Positions 51,888-64,000 of a stretch of DNA of 64,000 bases are shown one piece after another. The DNA is from Eledone cirrhosa (lineage: Eukaryota). Position 1 is the first letter of the stretch. Each line of letters begins with the position of its first letter. The DNA lies in the NCBI GenBank assembly GCA_964016885.1, contig OZ024742.1:96968001-97032000 (forward strand). Direction: 5' to 3'. The position numbers and the translations under genes were made by a program. A model generated the notes under the pieces. It had not been told where the DNA came from. It saw only the letters and a list, made by a program, of their open reading frames with translations, and did not search any database.

Positions 51888-54800
51888 TGTGAATTCAATT
51901 CTCTAAACACTCAGCCACGCGCCATAATATTAAATATTAATAATGATTATATATATATATAAACACACACATACACACACATATACCAAGGATTTGTAAT
52001 AAGACAGTTACTGTTTATATTGAGGCACCAAATCTCATTGGTTTCTGATCTCTCATAATTTGCGATATGTCTGTCTACAGTAATTGTTATTTATTTCTGT
52101 AACTGTTGGTATTGCTGTTGTAATTACTGCTGTTATTGGTAGTATTGCTGTAGTTGTGGTTCTGTATTTCAATTTTTGTGTTTTAATATTTTATTACTTA
52201 TGTTCAGCTGTATTCTAGAATTACATATGAAAATGTTCATATTTTCCAAAAATTGTCATATATTCATTGTTATGCCTGAATATACATTTGTATGAATATG
52301 TATGTATGTTTTTCTTGTTGTAGGGTGATAGACTCATAGTCTTCATTAAGACATCTCTCTAGGAGAAGGTCACTTTGATATAAAACCTGTGACTTCGCTT
52401 GCATCCAATGATGTAGACCAGTTCTTCTTTTTGGGCAAATGCATTTGATGTTCAGGGAGTGGGATTGGCTCACTTAAAAAAGCTTCATGCACAGGCATCG
52501 CTTGATATGTGACATTTTTTTTATTATGCATGTTATTGCTCGCCATAGGCAAGTCCCTAGCAGGACTAAGAAGTTACATCCGTCAGTGATGCTCATGCTT
52601 AAGTAGCAAGTGATGGCATCACTCGAAATTGAGTTGCAGCCATCATGTATGTATGTATGTTTGTATGTATGCATTCATGTATGTATAAATATAAAGTAAA
52701 AATAAATAAATGTCTCAAAGTATCAAACATTATGTCTATCATCAGGAAAGAATAAAGTTCAAGGAGAGAGGATTTTGAAAAATAGAGTTTGAAATGCTTT
52801 AGTGAAAGAAACATTTTTTTATGACAGGTATGGATGGCTGGCCAGTAGTACGGAATGAGGAGGGTACAGACCAATGTGAAGTGGTATTTATCAGTAGTTT
52901 AAGAAATAAGCGATGAAATAGAATAAAAGACAGTGTAAATGGAAAAACAATTTTTTTAATGAAAAAGCACAGTTTTTCAGTTAGCCATTTTGGAGGAATA
53001 CTGGTCATTGGGTACCTTGGGATTTGAATGAGAGATAATCTTTGTATACTGCAAGGGATCATGTTTGTGCGTGTGTGTGTGAGAGAGAGAGAGAGTGAGT
53101 TGCTTTGTTCATTTGTCTGTGCAAAGCTTTGAATTCATGTGGGTTAGACCGTAACTGAGCTGGCTCTTGTGAGAGTGTAGTGATGTTGGTGGGCCTGTGT
53201 GTGTAGGGCGACCAATGCTGGGATGTATACATATGAATCTAATATTCTGCATACACATACACACGTGTGCAGAAACAGTCATAAGGGGTTGCAAGGAATG
53301 GGAAGTGGAAGCAAATATGTAGCCTTGTTTCATTTCATGGTATGGCCATAAGAGGAACTGTTTCGCTTCTTGTGTGACAATATGGTAGTACAACCACAAA
53401 TGGCTGGACTACAAAGTATGGAGTCATTACATACATGGAAGGCGTTTAAATGTTGGGTTACATTAAACACCATCAGTGCCTCTCAACCTGTACTGGGTGC
53501 CACATGAACAGAGCCATGTGCGCATGAGATATAAGCACATGCAACCTGAAATGAGAGCCCTGGATTGTTGTATGTTGGTGGTGCGTGATGTCTGAGAGCA
53601 TGTATATACATACAATTGGAGGTAGAGAGGATGGAAGTAGAGAGAGTGGCAGTATAGAGAGTGGTTTACTGGTGGTATAATGGCTGTGAATGCTGGTGTT
53701 ACAACTATATGTGTGTGTTTGTTGTGTGTGTATAAAACTACATCTTGTGCAAGATGGATATGCATGTGTGAGATTTAATTTAGAGTTATGTTAATTTAGG
53801 TTATGTGTGTTATATGGTATATATATATTATATATATATGTGTCTGTGTGAAAGAAAGTAAAGATAAAGGTAAGGTGTAGAAATTATGTGTTGAGGCAAT
53901 TGAGTTCATTTGGAAAAGCATTTCCGAGGTGAAAACTTACGTTCTACTCAGTCCTGCTGTGAGTAGCAAATGTTAAAGGAAGGGTTTATATTTGTGAGGG
54001 TGGTGAGTTTGGTTACAGTGGGGATGAGAGAAAGGAGGGGAGGCAAGGGGAACACTAGGAGAGGAAGCGAAGGAACTATGTATAAGAAGGTCACAGATTA
54101 CTAGTGTGCTTAAAGAAATGAGAGGTGACTGGGTCAGAAATAAAGGTTCTAGAGGTAAAGGATACAGCCCCACTGGTGTAGGATAGAAGAGTGTTAGTTG
54201 AAGAGGAAAGGACCACAGGTGGTTGGGAGTGTGTATATATATATGCTCCAAACCACCACCTGGGGTCCTTACATATACATATATATGTACATACACATAC
54301 ATATATATGTAGATATACATTTACATATATATATATATATATAAGTGTATGTATGTGTGTAAGTATGAATGTATGCATGCATGTATGTATGAATGTATGC
54401 ATGTATGTATGTATGTATGTACACAATGCAAATACACACTTTTATTCATGAGAGATATTTATATATCACTTTATAATAAGATTCCATATGTTTTTCTATT
54501 CAGGATAATAAAAATTACAAATGTCTGTGTATGTATAAATATATATACATATACCACCAACACTGACACCCACCCATCCCCACATATATCAATATTTATG
54601 CTCACACACAATCTTATATTTGTGTGTTTGTACATATATTTTTGCGTGTCTGAACTGAAAGTGTTTAGTGGTGCCAAATTGACCCAATGTTATATGTGAA
54701 ATTACAAACCAATCTTTTTTATATGTTTTAAACATAGTTTTTCTGTGTCTGTGCTACACTGATATATATTTAGCAGAACATTGGGCAGGTTGGGTTGATA

Positions 54801-57800
54801 TATACTTGTAGTGTTTCAGTAAATTTAGACTAAAATATTCTCACCCGGTTGTATGAACCAATGGTCATTATTTACCATAATTATTGTTATTGATTGTTAC
54901 TTAGGCACTTGACCACAAATTTATAGGTGTAGATAGTATCATTCTATGGTCAGCTCTACCACTAATTGACGCCAGATTATCAGATCTCTGATAAATTATT
55001 AATGTCCTGTACCGCATGAAATACTGTTACTAAAAATTCCTTGAAAAGTACACAAGATCACTGTGATTGCATCAAATTAAAAATTATAGCCTTTAGTCTA
55101 ATGCTGCAAATTTTTATAATTATCTTTCCATATAAACGATCGAATTAACAAACAATCCAGTTTTTATTATATTTTCTTCTAAATCATTTCAGGATATTAC
55201 AATTTAAATGCCTTTCAAGCTTGACCATCTTGTGGGGTTGTCCAGTTTTTTTTTTTTATGGTCTGCAGAATTATCTGTTATGTACTCACCATTTACTTTC
55301 CAACAATGAATTTGTAACTCTGTCTTCTCCACCACACTCATATCCATACAATTATTACCATCTTGGCTGCATCTCTATCTTCACATAACCTTGGAACTTG
55401 GAACAAGTGGCCCATGCTTATCTCAGAGCAAGGAAGTGAAGGGAAAGGAAAGCACATGTAACATGTGATGGAGTAATAGGGGTACTCTCCTGACACATGG
55501 TATGCGTTGGTCTCTTTAAACCTGTTGGAATCGATCCCTCTCCAGGTTTAAACAGCTGATCTCTTCAAGAGTGACTGAGAGAGAGAAAGAGTGAGAAAGA
55601 AGACTTGACCTCAGTTTTGAACATGTACTTTATTTATCAATCCCAAATGGATGAAAAGCAAAGTTGATTTGGGTGGGATTTGAAGTCATCACACAGTTAG
55701 CCAGAAAAAATAATGAGGCATTTAATCTGCTGCCCTCACAATGTTGCCAATTTATCACCTTTTCAGAACATGCTGATCTTGAGAAGAAGAATAAATAAAA
55801 AGGCACTTGAATGCTAACAACATAGGGTAAAGAAATCACTTCAGTCAATTCAAAGCTATGACAGCCTATCTAGTGCTGGTATCATAATGAAAACATCCAA
55901 TACACTCTTTAAAGTGGTTGGCATTAATAAAGGCATCCATACGTAGAAAGCATGCCAAAAGAGTAGAGAGGACTCTTCAGTCTTTTGGCATGACAATCTC
56001 TCTAGTGCCAGTGGCATGATAAAATTGCAGCCAGTAGACTTGTTAAATTGAAAGGGTATCCATGTGTAGAAACCATGTCAAAATGGAAGGTATTTGAGTG
56101 AGATGTGGTTTGCCATCACATCAAAATCAGTAGCTCTAAATAAGTACTCGCTTTAATTTCAACAACCTGTCTAATACATGCTCACATGAAAAGCAGACTT
56201 AAAATTATAATGATGATGATAGAGTGTCAGATAAAATGTATTGCTCTATTTATTCAAAATTCCATTGAGGTTAATTTTGTATTTCATTCATCTAAGGTTG
56301 ATATATATATAATGCCCCATCCTATCCTAGATTGGTAAACTAGTAACTTCATATGGTATGTTAAAATGACTTGTGCTACTAGTTCCGATTCTTTGCAGGC
56401 TGAGTACCACAGTAACTTCCTTATGTGTTAATCCTCATTGGTTTGATCTGTGATCAAAGGCATTCCAATCATGACCACAGTATATTTTTTATTGTGGCTT
56501 TTATTTTTTATAGGGAAATTGGCAGTTGTTAAAGTGACAGAATTTATTATAGACTCTTGCATTCTAAATTAAATTCTTCTGAGGTCAACTTTCTCCTCCA
56601 TTCTGCCAATGTTGATATATATATAATATCACTATATGTTGATGGACTAGTAGAATTGTTACAGTGTCAAACTGGATGACTTGTAGTATGTGTTCTGGTT
56701 CTTTGCTCATTTTCTTATATCCACCCACCAACGTCAACTCCACCACTTTCACTGTCTTCTGCCTTTTTCCACCATCCTCACTGAATCCTACTTCTTTCCA
56801 CCTCTCTCACTGTGTCCTAGCGCTTTCCACCACCATCATCAGGTCTAACCAGCCCAGACTCCTTACCAAATATTTTCCTAATTCACTGTTCTCAGAGATG
56901 TTATCCCCAGGAATTCCCTCCCAGTCCACGTTCTCTCAACAAACAATGCCTTAAAAATATTCCAAATAAATCTAACCTTATCCCTCCCTCCCATGTAAAA
57001 GTCGAACTACTCTACTTCCTTTATCACAAATAATGTATAAATTAAGGATTAATTCCATGAATACTGGAAGAGATAAAATGAATTTTACATAATATTTTGT
57101 TTATTTTAAATGTGATTTTTTAAAGAATAATACTTCATTTAATTGTTAGTTTTTTTTAAATTACTTTCAAAATTTATACCATTTAAGTGAGTCTCTTGAG
57201 GTGAAATGGCTGTTGCTCTTGCCATCTGGTCCCAGGACTCAGCTGAGATATACCAGCCAACCAAGGGTATAGATTATCCCCCTCCCATTTCTCTCTTCCT
57301 GTTTTGTTTTTTTTCTTGTCATTATGATATTACAAATATATTCTGAAAGTAAAATAAAATAGCTGTCATTTATAATCAAAGTGAGTTAATTTAGAGTAAG
57401 AATTAAAACTGACTCATGGACTCACTACTTCTGGGATCTATCTACTGATAATGGATCCTCCATTTGTTGCAATGGTGAGCATTCAGTCATTCAGTCACCT
57501 GAATGTCCAGATAATAAATTAACATATAAGTGGTTGAGTATACCATAGACTCATGTACCCTCAATGTAATTACCAAGCCGGATCAGTGTGATACAATATG
57601 TAAGCAGATTGAACTTTCAAATTACAGGTATAATCCATCCAACGGGCTTCTACACAGAATCTATCTATCCAATTTGATTAATATGGGTTTATAAAGACAC
57701 TTGCTCAAGATGCCACACTGTGGGATCAAACCCAGGTCTTCATGATTGCATAATACAAGTGTTATTGAAAAGCATAGCATTGTAAGAATAAGATATTAGT

Positions 57801-58094
57801 TATAAATCTGTCTAATGATATGGTGCACAAAGAAATATATAACCAAGAAATATACAAGACTATATTTATAATGGAACACTGGCACACATCGACTGTAACT
57901 CAGTCTCTAAGGTATAACTGAGACCAAAATATGCATTGACATATCTATAGAGGTACAAACATGGTTAAGAAGTTTGCTTTAGAAACACATGGATTGTTGT
58001 TCAATCAATCTGTGTAATACCTTTTACAATAGACTTATGAGTAAAATTTGCTTCATAAAAATTGTGCAAATGACAGTTATATATATATAATCAC

Positions 58095-58790
58095 TATCAT
58101 CATCGTCATCTTTATGTCTGCTTTTCCATGCTTGCATGGGTTGGCTGGGTCCTACTCAGTATGGAATCTCTCCACGTGTTTTGATTCTTTTGTCATCACC
58201 TCTGTGAGGCTCAGGGATTTGAGGTCAGCTCTTACAACCTCTTCTTAGGTCTTTCTTGGCCTACCTCTAAAGAGACTTCCTTCCACTGACATTTCCTGGT
58301 ACTTCTTCACCCAACAATCATTGTTTATGCGCATCACATTTCCAAATGAACACAGCTATCTCTCCTGCACACTACATCGAATACCTCTTAAACCCAGCTT
58401 CTCTTTCAATGCTGCCTCTCTCACCCACTTATATTGCAAGTCCAATGGATCATGGTTGTTTCATTCCTCTCCAGTCTATGCACGTCATCCACAGTCACCG
58501 CCCATGTTTCAGTACCATGCAACATTGTACTTTGTACACAGGTGCCATACAGTCGTTCTTTTGTACAAAGGGAGAAAACCTTTGTGGTCAACTTTTTCCA
58601 TCCTATCCTTATTCTAAATATTATGGTCTCTGAACACCCTCCGCCATTGCTAAATATGTTGCCTAGATAGCAGAAGCTATCAACCACTTCTATGTGTCCT
58701 TCCTCTGATTGAAATAGGTTTACATAACTGGTTACCTTCCCCTTGGTTGTCCCTGTCCATCTTCTACCAACAAAGACTTCCCTTCATATA
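58095..58790 (-). mobile_element. Decayed RTE 3' portion
   Basis: VDSFCYLG..GGGCSE..TMLHGTETWA..RLERNE; stem-loop and GAT tail. Confidence 0.85.
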
Positions 58791-58802
58791 TATATATATA
58801 TA

Positions 58803-60768
58803 TCTTATATATAAAGTCAAGTTGGGCGTTGTTTGTTTGTTTAGTGTCCCAAGCTTGCAGGCTACACCGTTCATCCGATTTTCATGAAACTTGGAACATA
58901 TATAAAACTCGACCCGTAGATTGGAATAGGCTACTATGTGCCGAAAAACATGTGCCGAAAAACCTGACGGACTGTTGTGTCAATATTGAAATCGTAGAAA
59001 TTGCAAATCCCGACCTCTAAGATGTAATTGATAGGCCTTGGAGGTGAAGAGGAAGAATTGGTACAATTGTTTTGCTGAACATGTTGACCATTAATTTAAA
59101 TAGACTTACACAGCATCATCGTGCGCATTTGTTGTTTATGGCCTAGAATGAGGGCCGGTTAAACGTGGCAGAAAAATAAGCCATGCTGATGATGTTTAGG
59201 GGTGTCGCAGGGAATAGATGCGGCGTTGTGAGTCAATTGTGAGGACAGTTGAAGGCACGCTGATCGCTTGAGAAGACGCGATGCTATACAGGATGCTTCT
59301 CGGCCATAATTGACAGAAAGGCATGTCAGGAGAAATGAAAGAGTTGCTATTCATCCTTTGCTTAGCATCATGAACATGTAATTAAAAAGATTTACCATGG
59401 ACTATCGTACACGTTGGTATTGTGTTTAGCCTGCGAAAATCGGTGGTCAAATGGGGCAACAATAAGCCATGCTGATGACGTTTAAGCTGGTGTCAAGGAA
59501 TTAATGCAGCATAGATAGGCATGGGAGCCTTGAAGGAGCACGGGGGTCAGGCAAAATAAAGGGCCGAGGAGAGGATGGTGGCCGACAGGGAAGTAATGCG
59601 GCATGGTGAGGCATGACGATGCAGTGGGACGACGGCACGCAGGGAGGGGAGAGGAGAGGGCAGAGGTTGACGGTGGCAGGGATGCAGCTTGGTCAGGAAT
59701 GGAAGTCTTGAGCTCTCCCGGAGTGTAGGCAATGGAAATGGGCAGGGGTGAACGGTGGCAAGGATTCGGCATGTTGAGCCGTGGCAGTCCTTAGTGACCA
59801 CGGAGGGCAGGTAATGGAAAGGGCCGGGGAATGAATTGCGGCTGACAGGGCAGAGATGCGCATGGTGATGCACAACGATGCAGTGGGTCGACGGTGTGCA
59901 GGGAAGGGAGAGGGTAGGGGTTGACGGATGCCTCATTATGCTACGGTAGTAGGACCACGGGAATGAAGAGAGCGCATGGAGGCTCGATGATCGCTTGAGA
60001 AGACTGGGCACAATACAGGATGATGCGCGGCGGTATAGTCTTGATAGTCCTTATATAAGAAATGGAAGAATCGGCATAAAAGGTTTGCTGAATATGGTGA
60101 GCGTTAATTTAAAGAGACTTACGGTGGATAATCCTCATAGATTGAACGTTTTTTTGCATGGCGGGAGTCCCCTTGGTTGTCCCTGTCCATCTTCTACCAA
60201 CAAAGACTTCCCTTCATATATATATATATATCTTATATATAAAGTCAAGTTGGGCGTTGTTTGTTTGTTTAGTGTCCCAAGCTTGCAGGCTACACCGTTC
60301 ATCCGATTTTCATGAAACTTGGAACATATATAAAACTCGACCCGTAGGAAACAAGAAGAATGGCATTTTTCTGTTGCCGGATTTTTGTCTCTGGGGGTTC
60401 GATTATCGATGTTTTGATACATACCTACTTCAAATTTCATTGGAATCGGACACATTTCGTTAATATCGATGTTTGCCTCTGGTCATCCAATTATGGATTT
60501 TCCGAAACGTTAATGCAGCCCACGTTCATTCCCGGATTAATATACACACTTGCGTTGAGTTTCATCGAAATCGGACGATGTTTGAAAATATCGATTTTTG
60601 GCTTCTGGAGGCCCGATTATCGATTTTTCGAAAGTTTTACGTAGCCTATTCCAATCTACGGATCGAGTTTTATATATGTGTCAAGTTTCATGAAAATCGG
60701 ATGAAAGTTGTAGCCTGCAAGTTTGGGACACCAAACAAACAACGCACACCTTCACTTTATATATAAGA
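58803..60768. mobile_element. Non-coding element with ~130-bp terminal inverted repeats, inserted in (TA)n
   Basis: 58803-58934 is the imperfect reverse complement of 60641-60768; GC-rich modular interior; superfamily uncertain. Confidence 0.8.
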
Positions 60769-61134
60769 TATGTAAATCTGAGGTTTTAGAATATTAATAA
60801 TAATATTAATTTCATTTGCAATTATGCAAACAGCCTCTCTAAGCCATGTGAGTAGAATGTAGGAATGGTAATATGCAGATCTAACTGATCAAGTAGTCTG
60901 CTAATATGCAAATCAGATCAATTATTCACTGTATATTTCGGAAAATATATATTTCCATAAGCTCTGACAGTTGGGAGGTAAGCAGTATATGGTACTGATG
61001 AAGTGTAATCTCCCAGAAACATTAATGTCTGCCATTCTGTTTATATGCCAACACAAGAGCAAGAATGACGGGGTCATTTTACTAACATAGCTTAAAGAAA
61101 CTGTCTGTGTGATTGCAAACGAATGGAATATTAT

Positions 61135-61275
61135 TATAGTTACGTCCCTTTACAGTCTGAGTTCAAATCCTGCCGAGGTTAACTTTGCCTTTCATCCTTA
61201 CCAGGTAGATAAAATAAAGTACCAGTAATGTACTGGGTAATTGCTGGCCTTGTGCCAAAAGTAGAAACAATTATT
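61135..61275 (+). mobile_element. 5'-truncated Meta-like SINE
   Basis: B box, core and tail present. Confidence 0.85.
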
Positions 61276-61292
61276 AATGGAGGCACATTATT

Positions 61293-61627
61293 ATGGAGGC
61301 ACATGGCTTAGTGGTTAGAGCATTAGCTTGCAATCAAAAGGTTGTGAGTTCAATTCTCAGACCGGGTGATGTGTTGTTTCCTTGAGCAAGACACTTTATT
61401 TCACATTGCTCCAGTTTACTCAGCTGTAGAAATGAGATGATAGGACTGGGGTCCCTATCATTCCACTGCAAAGTGGTCGTGGTGGTGCCACGGCAAAAAA
61501 GCACCCAGCACTCACTGTAAATGAGGTTGGTGTTAGGAAGGGCATCCAGCTGTAGAAATCAAGCCAGAATCAGTTCCCGTCCCACCCTTGCAAGCAGGGA
61601 AAAGCGGACATAAAAAATGATGATGAT
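61293..61627 (+). mobile_element. Full-length tRNA/CORE-like SINE with RTE-derived tail
   Basis: TGGCTTAGTGG (A box), GAGTTCAATTC (B box), CCTTGAGCAAGACAC..CTGTAGAAATGAG, RTE 3' UTR segment, (GAT)n. Confidence 0.88.
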
Positions 61628-61829
61628 TCGAAAAATTCAGATTTACATTTCTTGTATTCAGCCATGCAGAGCGAGAAAACTATTTGTTAGTTATACATAT
61701 ATTATCATGCTGCTAATGATGATGATGATCTCTGTTTCACATCCAATTTTCCATGTCATCAGGTCATAGCTCTCAGATTTCTCCTGTTAAACCTTTCTCA
61801 TTATATATGAGTTTAAGACTAATTGTCAT

Positions 61830-62650
61830 TGGAAACTGCCATATGTTGATAAGCTACTTCTTGCAGCTGAATATGTGGAAGATCTAGAAAAGGAATTCCA
61901 GTTGGAAACAAAATCTAGACTCAAAAAGACTGAGTAAACTTAGCTAAGTCTGTGACTTTACTAAGTAGGTAAGAAGGAAAGATAAAAGAAATGTTCTTGT
62001 TTGATATGTAGAAAAGTCAGAGGTAAATATTCCATACTCAAAGGAAAATATGGATACGCAAGACTGTGGCTGCAGTTAAGTTAACATAGAAGGCATAATA
62101 TGTGGCAGATGCACAGGAATAGTTAGCAACAATGAAATAAATCTAGGGAAGTTTCCAGAGAAATAGTTGATTGTTTAGTAACTAGAATAGGTGTGGGGCG
62201 GGGGGATGTTCAGAGTGCTATTACTTCTTTTTAAACATAGAGTAGAGAGTATGATGCCTGTGTATGTACTGATATGCCAACTGATTATGAAGGATATGTG
62301 AAAACTAGAAAGAAATGAATTGAGCCCAATCCATTGGATGTGTACACAAACCAGAAAATACAGTTGAGTTGATGAAAAATTTAATATAAAAAGAATCATA
62401 TGTGGTGTGCAGGAAAGGAAACTGAGTGGGTATTGATGGACAATGTGCATGGTTGATGATCATTCTATGAAGTATCAGGAGTTTCAAGTAGAAGGAAGCT
62501 ATGGAAGAGGAAGTCTGAGAATGACCTAAACAAAAACAGGGAAAGCTGATCTCAAGATGCTGAACCTCATAAAGGAAGAGAGAAGTGGAAATTTGGAGTA
62601 CTGAGGAGTTTTCTATCCCATAAAACCATGGAAATATGGATGTAAAATAA
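61830..62650 (+). mobile_element. Highly decayed RTE (RT end to 3' tail)
   Basis: Remnants aligning with WELP, GGGCSE, LERNE and CGVQERKLSG. Confidence 0.6.
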
Positions 62651-62769
62651 TATATATTTTTATACATTTTGAGTGTCATACTGCTAAGAAAGACATACAC
62701 CAGTTGAATTTCACTTCAATTTATTATATTATTCTCTCGGTTAGTTTAATAACCAGTTAGTTGTTTATA

Positions 62770-63800
62770 TGTTAATTGTCAAAGCTCTTTCATCACACAT
62801 TCTGTGACCTCTTCAATGGCTACTTTTGTTACTTTGTGTCTCCACTTTGTTCTGTTCTACACCATCTTGTCTACATGGGCATGCATTACATCAGAATGTG
62901 TGTTTTTTAGTTTTTCTCTCTCTCTCACTTTTCCCTTTCCTATGTGCCATTAATTAGTTGTTATCCTGATTTTTGTGTGCTATATATATCTGTGTGTGTG
63001 TCTGTGGCATGGGGAGGGTATGTCTATATATTGTATTAGTTTTGTTTTTGTGTGTCTTTATATTGTCCTTAAAGACCATGTTTTGCAGTTGTGATTATTC
63101 CATTCATGCTTTCTATTTAATTTTGGTTGGAGTTATTTTATATTCATTGGTTCTGTCATCTACCAGAGTATTGCATCTGTTCAGTGCGTAGATATAATTT
63201 TTATTTCAATATTATCCAGTGAGAACCTGTGTTCCATTCTGGAACATTGGTGGAGTACTTTTACTCTTTTCCCTATGCTTTTGAGCCATCTCACCTATAT
63301 ATATATTGTGTTCCTCTTCTTAAACTGTCCCTCCGTGCATCTTATGTTATATTCTACATTCCTAGTTTTACAGGTAATCTGCAGACTATACATTTTCTAT
63401 CAGTACAGAGGGTTTTCTTAAATGTGTATCATCTGCCAATCAGGACTTTTAAGAGAATAGCTGGTTTTGCTACTATATTAATATTTAATTTAAACTTATC
63501 TAAAGCTCTTCTAAATCTGTATGTTATTTCACCTCTGGGGGGTAGCATTGACAAACATTACACTCTGGTCATTTGTTGCTTTCATATTATGAGTTGACCC
63601 TATTTATTTCATACCATGAGTTTTCCAAATTTGCTCCTATACATCGGGCAAGTCTTATTCGCATCATTTTCTATGATGTTCATTCATTTAGCCTTGGCTC
63701 ATTTTTATACCCTGATTTGGCCTCTTTGATTATAATGAGAGAACTGCATACAGTGGATGAAGAATTGTATCTTTCTCATTAATTCTTTAGGATTGCACAT
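62770..63800 (-). mobile_element. Decayed PLE (Cys linker, GIY-YIG, 3' hammerhead)
   Basis: GEITYRFRRALDK..NIVAKP, CTDRKCIVC, TCKTRNVEYNIRC, YIGEMAQ, IKIISTH..LQPKLNRKHEW; hammerhead motif at 62778-62820. Confidence 0.75.
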
Positions 63801-63879
63801 ACAGGACACATTTATTTAGTAGTCGATGTGCAAACAAACTTCCTTTTTATAAGGATATAGATAGAAATATATGCATATG

Positions 63880-64000
63880 TATGTATTTATATGGATGTGC
63901 AATAGCAACATGCAGGGATGGCAAAGCATAAATGAACTGCATGCGAAATTAGGTATAAGAGGGATCAGATGTTGTGTGCAGGATTGGAGATTGCATTGGT
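63880..64000 (+). mobile_element. RTE C-terminal fragment running off the window
   Basis: WMCNSNMQGWQSINEL..GIRGIRCCVQDWRLHW. Confidence 0.8.

Noticed and set aside
52270-54000. Faint LINE- or PLE-like peptide remnants
   Set aside because: Too degraded and not in a consistent order to call by eye.
59482-60011. GC-rich ORFs inside the TIR element as a captured gene
   Set aside because: Low-complexity translations from repeated modules, with no recognisable motif.

Overview
AT-rich, microsatellite-dense eukaryotic DNA made almost entirely of nested transposable elements. The repeat repertoire and base composition suggest a cephalopod (Octopus-like) genome, which is an inference. I can support no host protein-coding gene. 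The only long intact ORF (6878..10318, minus) belongs to an apparently full-length RTE-clade LINE with an APE endonuclease, a reverse transcriptase and a C4HC3 PHD finger. Its 5' end plus about 1.57 kb of upstream flank is triplicated as a near-identical ~1.87-kb tandem array (10292..15889). The rest comprises decayed RTE, Tx1/L1-like and R4/Dong-like LINEs, a Helitron derivative, Tc1, mariner, hAT and TTAA-type DNA elements, two tRNA-derived SINE families and several Penelope-like (PLE) relics. The signal least explained by the ORF track is a dispersed set of type-I minimal hammerhead ribozyme motifs, often in fold-back PLE ends within (TA)n; one has its catalytic GAAA replaced by an inverted copy of DNA from 2.2 kb away. 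Boundaries of decayed elements are approximate and were read by eye.
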